Below, one piece after another: positions 56,686-64,000 of a stretch of DNA of 64,000 nt. Every line of letters begins with the position of its first letter. The first letter of the stretch is position 1. Origin of the DNA: Octopus vulgaris (lineage: Eukaryota). A model generated the notes under the pieces. The model worked only from the letters and a program-made list of their open reading frames with translations, was not told the DNA's origin and ran no database searches. The position numbers and the translations under genes are program-made. The stretch lies in assembly GCA_951406725.2 (NCBI GenBank), contig OX597822.1:25110001-25174000 (forward strand), in the 5' to 3' direction.

Positions 56686-58948
56686 TAGGGTGTGTCAATT
56701 TGGGGGAGTAATTAGGAAACTTCATAATCTTTAATTTTGGTAGTAATTTATTGTTACCTTTTAGCATATAAAGGGAAATTCTGGAAAGAAAAACAATTTT
56801 AACTGTCTCTTAACTACATCAATATGAGTTTGAAATTTATATGTTTTGAGAATTTTGAGTATAATTGGTTTTCGCCTGCATCTTTCTGTTCCAAGTTTCA
56901 TATATACTAAAATACATTCCAATATACTATTTGAAAGTAGTGAAAGCCTTCACATCCTTCTTGCTGTTGTTTCTTTTTATCAGTTGCCGGCTGACTGCTT
57001 GTGCTTTGATGTAACCCTATCGCTTCTCCTGACTGTAAACACGACTCTCAGCTTCATTGACCAACACACCTCTCAACACTATGTGTTTGTGATGGCCATT
57101 TTGGTACTATCGTTGGTGTGTCTTTAAAGCTTTTGAAATTCTTACTAGTTAAGGATGTTGTCAATGGTGGTTCCAGGCCCTCAGAACTCAAATCAGCCAA
57201 TGCAGACATATTGGTGACATTGACAGTTAATTGAGCAACTTTTCTTTGACTAAATGAACAGTCTCCCAACTGGTCATCTTCAAATGGAATACTTCTAATT
57301 CTTAGAATGGTTTCTATAGCCCCAGTACGAAGATTTCAACATTGGCTGGAAAGCATTGTTTGCAACACTGCTTCTCTGATCGAGCATACCATGCGGACCT
57401 CCTCACCACAGGTATCACAATATCCTCCATCAACTTATTTTGTGTTCTTACAAGCAGCAATTGAAACAAAAGGTAATTGGGACGACCATCGACCCCCTTT
57501 TGGATTGAACTTGACATTAAACCAGTTGGGAAGATAGACACCAACTCTAAATTCAACAATTAATCTCAAATTCTTCAGAACCTTTCCCTTCAATTGCTGT
57601 CTGGAAATCCACATCTCGCAGAAGCGCAGAGCTGTAGTTAACCAACGGTTGTGACTAACAGGTCCAAGAAAGCCGATGACTGGGGTACGTCACCTGATCT
57701 TACTGTTTGAGCAAAGCATAGGACTGATCTGTGCTGAGGTCTTTGACAATTTCTTCTGGCAACACTGGAATGGGAGGGCCTACTTCAATCTTTGGAAAGT
57801 CTGCGTTTATATTCTAGCTGTGTTGCTTCATCCAACATGTTGTCATGAGGACCTGACCACTTATTATTTCTTTTTTCTTGAACTATCAATTTCCTGGATG
57901 AGGTGACGAAGAGGTAACTCACCTGTATGCAAATCCCATACAATCCAAATAAGTCTTCCTTCAAGGTTTTTTCTCTAAATAACTTATTACACCTCCCTTC
58001 CAGCCAGTATTCACTGCTGTTGAATCCCCTCTAATTGCTAGCACTGAATTTTCAAGTCTTCTTACATGAAACCAGCATAAAATATTATCAGCAATTACCT
58101 CTGCATGTCTTTTCCCTTCCACTTCAACTTCAGGTGTAAAATGAAACAAAATCTGACTACCAGGCTCAGACAGTGTAGTGTTCTTTGATTTATATTGGAA
58201 AAACTCTGGTAATTCCATCTACTCCAACCATAACTTTGGTTTCATCTGTTCCCTCATCAAACAAAAGACAGGAGAGCCCTCCTTTTAATTCTTTTTCTTA
58301 ATGATCAGATATCTCACTCGTTACTTTTTCTTACGCTCTTCTAAGTTTATTTTGATCTCTAACCAAGCATGAATCTTCTTGACTGATGAGGCCTGCATCT
58401 ATCCAAGCGGCAGATGTAATTTCAGCAGCATCACGGAGTCCAGTATGCTGACGAATACTAGCTAATGTTTGAAATGTCTCTTGTATTGTACTCTCCTCTC
58501 TTTGGTATGGCTTCAGAAGATTCTTTAAAATTTTCATCTGACATTACTTCATTTTCTTCAGAAGAACTATCAACCAACTGATAAACATCATGGCAGTGCT
58601 GCTCTTCTCTTTGCATGTCTTCACTCTTCATTATCATATTTTCTTTCCTCTCTCTGACAAGGCCTTTCCTTTTTTTCAGTAGAAATCTGTCTCTTACTTT
58701 CTTTATAATCAGTTGAGCCCATTTGCATACTGCATTGGTCTCCTGCTTTTGTCCTCTGTGAGCTTATGGAATCTAGCTCTAGAAAAAGTATCTTCTTTTC
58801 ACGAGGGCAACAACAGTCAATGTGAGAATGATTTCCTCTCTTACCTGTGGGAAAAAAACTCTTTCGAACACAGAGCTATGGAACACTTGCAGCTCAAAAT
58901 ATCGAACAGTGTATAAATTTTTAGTAAGTTATTAGAATTGACACCCTA
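56686..58948 (-). mobile_element. hAT-superfamily (hATm-like) DNA transposon with degraded transposase
   Basis: Ends TAGGGTGTGTCAATT and AATTGACACCCTA. Minus-strand motifs GDSTAVNTGWKGGVI, IWIVWDLHTGELPLRHL, GPVSHNRWLTTA and THSVERCV. Confidence 0.8.
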
Positions 58949-59179
58949 ATGTATAATGATATGTAAATGTAAGATCCAAGGATCTAAGTGTAGGAAGTAA
59001 GCTTCGAACAGTCTCTAGAAGGAATAAAAAAAAACAACTTTCAGGAACAATAGTAGTTTATTGGCGTAGAAAGTTGTGAGATTTTCCCATGTAAGTAGAA
59101 AGAAGTTATTCATGGTTAGCAAGTAGGGTTGCTATGTATGCAAATAAAAGTCCAAAATGAGGGAATGGAACAGGTAAAA

Positions 59180-59268
59180 TCCAGTTACATATGTTTCCTA
59201 GCTAGCAGAACCTCGGAAGTAATAATTACTCAACGACGGATACTCCACTTGCTACTCATCAGGCTGAA
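59180..59268 (-). ncRNA. Degenerate type I hammerhead motif
   Basis: Minus strand: TTCAGC-CTGATGA-GTAGC..GCTAG-GAAA-CATATG-TA-ACTGGA. Canonical core and palindromic ACATATGT stem III, with mismatches at the bases of stems I and II. Confidence 0.6.
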
Positions 59269-59433
59269 GATACCTTAGTTATATGAAGGTCACCTTGTCG
59301 TTAAATGATCCCAAGGTAGACCGCAGGAAATAACATACAGATATGCGCGCGTGTGTGTGTGTATGTATGTATGTATGTATGTATGTATGTATGTATGTAT
59401 GTATGTATGTATGTATGTATGTATGTATGTATG

Positions 59434-59495
<62 letters not shown>

Positions 59496-59650
59496 GAGAG
59501 AGAGAGAGAGAGAGTATGGTATACATCGATAGTATGGTGTAAGCAGGGTCCTTGAGAGAAGTTTTACGAGGTGGAACAAGACATGCTTTCGGGACACCTC
59601 AAACATGAGCACTTTTAAAACACAAAGGAATTTGAGTTTTTATAGGTTTA

Positions 59651-59701
<51 letters not shown>

Positions 59702-60344
59702 AAAATGTAAGAACAAAAATTATAAATACGCTAGTTGCTTTGAATTTCCCCAAGGACCCGAAAGCAGGTATTGTTCCGCCTGGCAAAAATTCTCTCGGGG
59801 GCCCAGCATACCTCGTCCTCATACTTAGTTACGTTGCTAGACACATCTGTCAGAGGCAGAATCGTTCGAGCGTCAGGCAGAACGTCTCGTAATTTACTGT
59901 CTCTGTGTTCATATTCACCTGAAATTATATGTCTTTTATCCGTTCGAGGTACATAACGGAAATATCAGGACGATTGATTTATATTTTCATCTTTTAGTCA
60001 GAAGGCCAAGCAATGACCACGACCTCTTACGGTGTTTCCATGATTAATCGGATAGCATTCTTAAACCAGAGACCTAACCCGATTACTTATAATTGAGTAG
60101 ACGCCACTAAAACATCCAAAGTACCATGTGGTGGGGGTTAAGCCGAGCGATGAATTAAGTCTACTAGCCATGTAGGCCATTGTGAGATTTGAACTCAGAA
60201 GGCAGAAACAGGGAACAAAATCCTCAAGACATGCAGTCTAACGTTCATACAATTTCGTCTATTCACTCACTCGGGATTCGTGCTTTAATTTATTGACCCT
60301 GAGAGAATGAAAGACAAGGTTGAAAATACTTATATATACACATA

Positions 60345-60838
60345 TAAGCGCAGGTGTGATTAAAAGCTGGCTTCCCAACCACACGCTTCAGGGTTCAGTC
60401 CCACTGCGTGGCACCTTGGGCAAGTGTCTTCTTCTATAGCTTCGGGCCAACTAAAGCCTTGTGAGTGGATTTGGTAGACGGAAACTGAAAGAAGCCTGTC
60501 GTGTGTGTATGTATGTATGTATGTATGTATGTGTATGTATGTATGTATGTATGTATGTATGTATGTATGTATGTATGTATGTATGTATGTATGTATGTAT
60601 GTATGTGTGTTTTTGTGCCTGTGTTTGTACCCCCACCGCCACTTGACAACCGATGTTGGTGTGTTTACGTTCCCGTACCTTGACAGTTCGGCCAAAAAGA
60701 TCCGATAAAATAAGTACTAGGTTTACAATGAATAAGTTCTGGAGTCGATATGTTCCACTAAAACCCATTAAGGCGGTGCTCCAGCATGGCCGCAGTCAGA
60801 TGACTGAAACAAGTAAAAGCATAAAAGAATAAGAGAAT
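60345..60838 (+). mobile_element. SINE family B, full length with internal (TATG)n
   Basis: Head GGTTCAGTCCCACTGCGTGGCACCTTGGGCAAGTG and tail GACTGAAACAAGTAAAAG. Confidence 0.9.
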
Positions 60839-61164
60839 ACATACATACACATACAAACACACCCTCCATAACCACCAGTAAAACAACCACCACCGCCACC
60901 ATCACCACTACGATAAACAAATACCACCCTCCCTACTACCCGTTTACCGCACGGGCCCCTATTTCGCTCTGTTGCCTTGAATCCTCTAAATCTTGTGCAG
61001 TCAGCTACAGTAACGGTCCTGAAACTATAAGAATGAATGAATAAGTGAATAAATAAATAAAAAATAAATAATAAATAAATAAATAAATAAATAAATAACA
61101 GTCGCTTCTCTTCCTTGCTTCCTTAGAATAACATCTGCTTACCTTTCAACAGCAGTTATATATA

Positions 61165-61224
<60 letters not shown>

Positions 61225-61246
61225 CATACATACATACAGGCACATT

Positions 61247-61303
<57 letters not shown>

Positions 61304-61859
61304 TATACATATGTATGCATTTATATACATATATGTATTTATGTATATATGTATATATATATATATATGTGTGTGTGTGTACACACACACACACCCATAC
61401 ACAAGGCAAGAGAGAAGACGGGTATGCGGGTGACGCGATGTTAACATTTAGTTTCCCCCACCTCTTGCAGGCAGCACCTTCGTCTAATTCTTGACACAAT
61501 CTATATTTAAATGATGAGAGTGTGTCTTAAGACTTCAATGTGTAAACGTCTCTGACATTTGCTAACATGAAGTGGTGTGCTTCAACGGAAAGGCATGTGG
61601 TGTGATGAGAATCTATGAATGCTGTGATGTGAACGTATGAGTTCTGTGTGTGTGTGTGTGAGAGAGAGACCATGTGTGTGTGATATGAAGCATGTTCTAT
61701 GTGTATTGTGTGATGTGTGAAATATGGCGCATCTGTGTATGTGTTTGTTATATGCATGATGTATGGGTGTGATATGCATGATGTGTGTGTGTGTGTGTCT
61801 GCTAAGTATGATGTATGTGACATTCGAGATATATTATGCGTGTGTTATGTGATATATGT

Positions 61860-62140
61860 GCGGAGGCACTTGGCCTAGTGGTCGAGGGATCGCGGGTTCA
61901 AATCTCAGACCGGGCAAGGTGTGTGTTTATGAGCGAAACACTTAAGCTCCACGCGGCTCCGGCAGAAGGTAATGGCGAACTTCTGCTGACTCTTTCGCCA
62001 CAACTTTCTCTCACTCTTTTCTCTTGCATCTTGCAGCTAACCCGCGACGGACCGGCGTCCCGTCCAGGTGGGGAACCTATACGCTAAGGAAACCGGGAAA
62101 CCGCCCTTATGAGTCAGGCGTGGCTCGAGAAGGAACAGAC
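61860..62140 (+). mobile_element. SINE family A with small head deletion
   Basis: Matches 28827-29134. Confidence 0.9.
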
Positions 62141-62151
62141 GTGTTGTATGC

Positions 62152-62375
62152 TATGTATGTATGTATGTATGTATGTATGTATGTATGTATGTATGTATGT
62201 ATGTATGTATGTATGTATGCATGAATGCATGCATGTATGTATGTATGTATGTATGTATGTATGTATGTATGTATGTATGTATGTATGTATGTATGTATGT
62301 ATGTATGTATGTATGTATGTATGTATGTATGTATGTATGTATGTATGTATGTATATATGTATGTATGTATGTATG

Positions 62376-62409
<34 letters not shown>

Positions 62410-62439
62410 TGCATGTATATATGTATGTATGTATGTATG

Positions 62440-62473
<34 letters not shown>

Positions 62474-62479
62474 TGTATG

Positions 62480-62511
<32 letters not shown>

Positions 62512-62575
62512 CATGCATGTATGTATGTATGTATGTATGTATGTATGCATGTATATATGTATGTATGTATGTATG

Positions 62576-62609
<34 letters not shown>

Positions 62610-62627
62610 TGTATGTATGCATGTATG

Positions 62628-62657
<30 letters not shown>
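62152..62657. repeat. ~500 bp (TATG)n microsatellite
   Basis: Direct reading. Confidence 0.98.
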
Positions 62658-62658
<1 letters not shown>

Positions 62659-63094
62659 TATGTTTGGTATGTGTGACGTGTGTGTTATTCAAGGTGTGTA
62701 ATAAGAATTTGTCAGTGTATGTCTGTGTGTGCACGTGCTCGTGTGTGTGGAGTGTATGTTACGTTATCTGTGTGTGGCAATGTGTGTGGCAATGTGTGTG
62801 GCAATGGTGTTGTGTAGTGTGAATTTTATGTAACGTATGTGATATCTGCGATGATTAATTTGCGTGATATGTATGTGATATATGTATGATGTATGTGATA
62901 TGCGACATGTGTATCGTATGTAATGTGATGTGTGCGATAATCAATTTGTGTGTTATATGTGTGATATATATCTAATGTGTGTGAGTGGTATGGTATGTGT
63001 GATATGTGTGCGATATGTGTGATGTTTTTGGTGTGAGATTTGTGAAGTATACGAGATGTATAATGCGTTTTATAGGGTGCGTGTGATGGTATAA

Positions 63095-63532
63095 TCTCGT
63101 ATATAAAATCCGTTCTGTCTGTGTGTGTGTCTTCTCGGATCTCGGGCATCCGCCATCCGATTGCGGCCAAATTTGATTTGTAGATACCGACGGTATCAGG
63201 GCGTGTATAAGTCTCGAAAAAGATTACAAAAATTGATTCCAGGTGAGAATGCGATCGATAAAGCCGTTTTTATCCTGCTTTTTTCCCCGTCAACCTGTAC
63301 ATAACTGCACCTTCCATTTTTGTTGTTTTTGTACTGCTTGAAGGCACGTTTCTTTCCTGCCAAGCTTACTGTTTAAACCATGTTTGTGTTCTCCAAGTCA
63401 ACAGCCTTATCATTACTGGTACTTTAAACTCTTCGGTTGCATATTTGTGTGAATAAAATCGTTTTTCTTTGGAATAGAAAAAAAGTCTATCTTTATTTCT
63501 TCTTTTGCTAGAGTCTCAAATTTAGGTTAAGT
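63095..63532 (+). mobile_element. Helitron-like non-autonomous element, 5' part
   Basis: TCTCGTATATAAAATCCGTTCTGTCTG start. Homologous to 7600-7878 on the minus strand. Confidence 0.55.
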
Positions 63533-63592
63533 CAGCGTTTCTCAAAGGGGAGGCCTATGGGACGGTCGGACAAGTTGTTTTGAGAAAATTTG
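63533..63592. mobile_element. ~60 bp hAT (Charlie-like) mini-MITE
   Basis: TIRs CAGCGTTTCTCAAA and TTTGAGAAAATTTG, flanked by GGTTAAGT and GTTTAAAT (degenerate 8-bp TSD). Confidence 0.5.
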
Positions 63593-64000
63593 GTTTAAAT
63601 GTTTGACAACTCAGCACCGTTATTTGGAGGGCGGCGTTTTGCTCGTGTATCATATGTGTGATATATGTGCGGTATGTGTAATGTGTGTGATACGGGAGAT
63701 GTATAGTGACGTGAATAATGAATATTTTGCGTGATATGTGTGTGATATCTATCTGAAATGTCAGTGGTGTGGTATATAAAATATTTTATAGGTGTGTGGT
63801 AAATATGTGTTTTGCGTGAAATACATCATGGGGATGCGAGTTATTTGTGAACTTTATGCGTTTTCATGTGTATGTGGTACTTCATTACTGGGGTCGATGT
63901 TATCGACTAATTTGTTCCACAAGAACGTCAAGCCTTGTGCCTATAGCAAAAAGTAAAAAAAAACATATTTACAATGTGTAATGTGCGATATATGTGTTAT

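Noticed and set aside
62660-64000. GT/AT-rich quasi-periodic sequence
   Set aside because: It is decayed low-complexity repeat with no stable unit or coding signal.

Overview
This is repeat-dominated animal genomic DNA, either intergenic or intronic. The SINE families and the extreme (TA)n/(TATG)n/(TATC)n/(CA)n density strongly resemble an Octopus (coleoid cephalopod) genome; this is inferred from recognition, not from a search. I found no intact host gene, and most ORF-track entries are translated microsatellites. Real coding remnants all belong to transposons: a full-length Tc1-type element with a DD36E triad, a DD34D mariner nested in a SINE, other mariner and DUF4817-type remnants, a hATm-like element, an RTE-type LINE and a Tx1/L1 LINE sharing one (GATA)n array, a second Tx1/L1, an R4/Dong-type RLE fragment in (TAA)n, Helitron-like ends and Penelope-like 3' remnants. 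At least four tRNA-derived SINE families are present. The three most interesting observations are: (1) several microsatellite-flanked, often fold-back modules carrying minimal type I hammerhead-ribozyme motifs, some with non-canonical cores; (2) the abundant Nin/Deu-domain-like SINE shares its 3' ~40 nt and a terminal stem-loop with a (GATA)n-associated Tx1 LINE, suggesting a SINE-LINE partnership; (3) local inverted duplications with a templated insertion at 8.2-11.6 kb.
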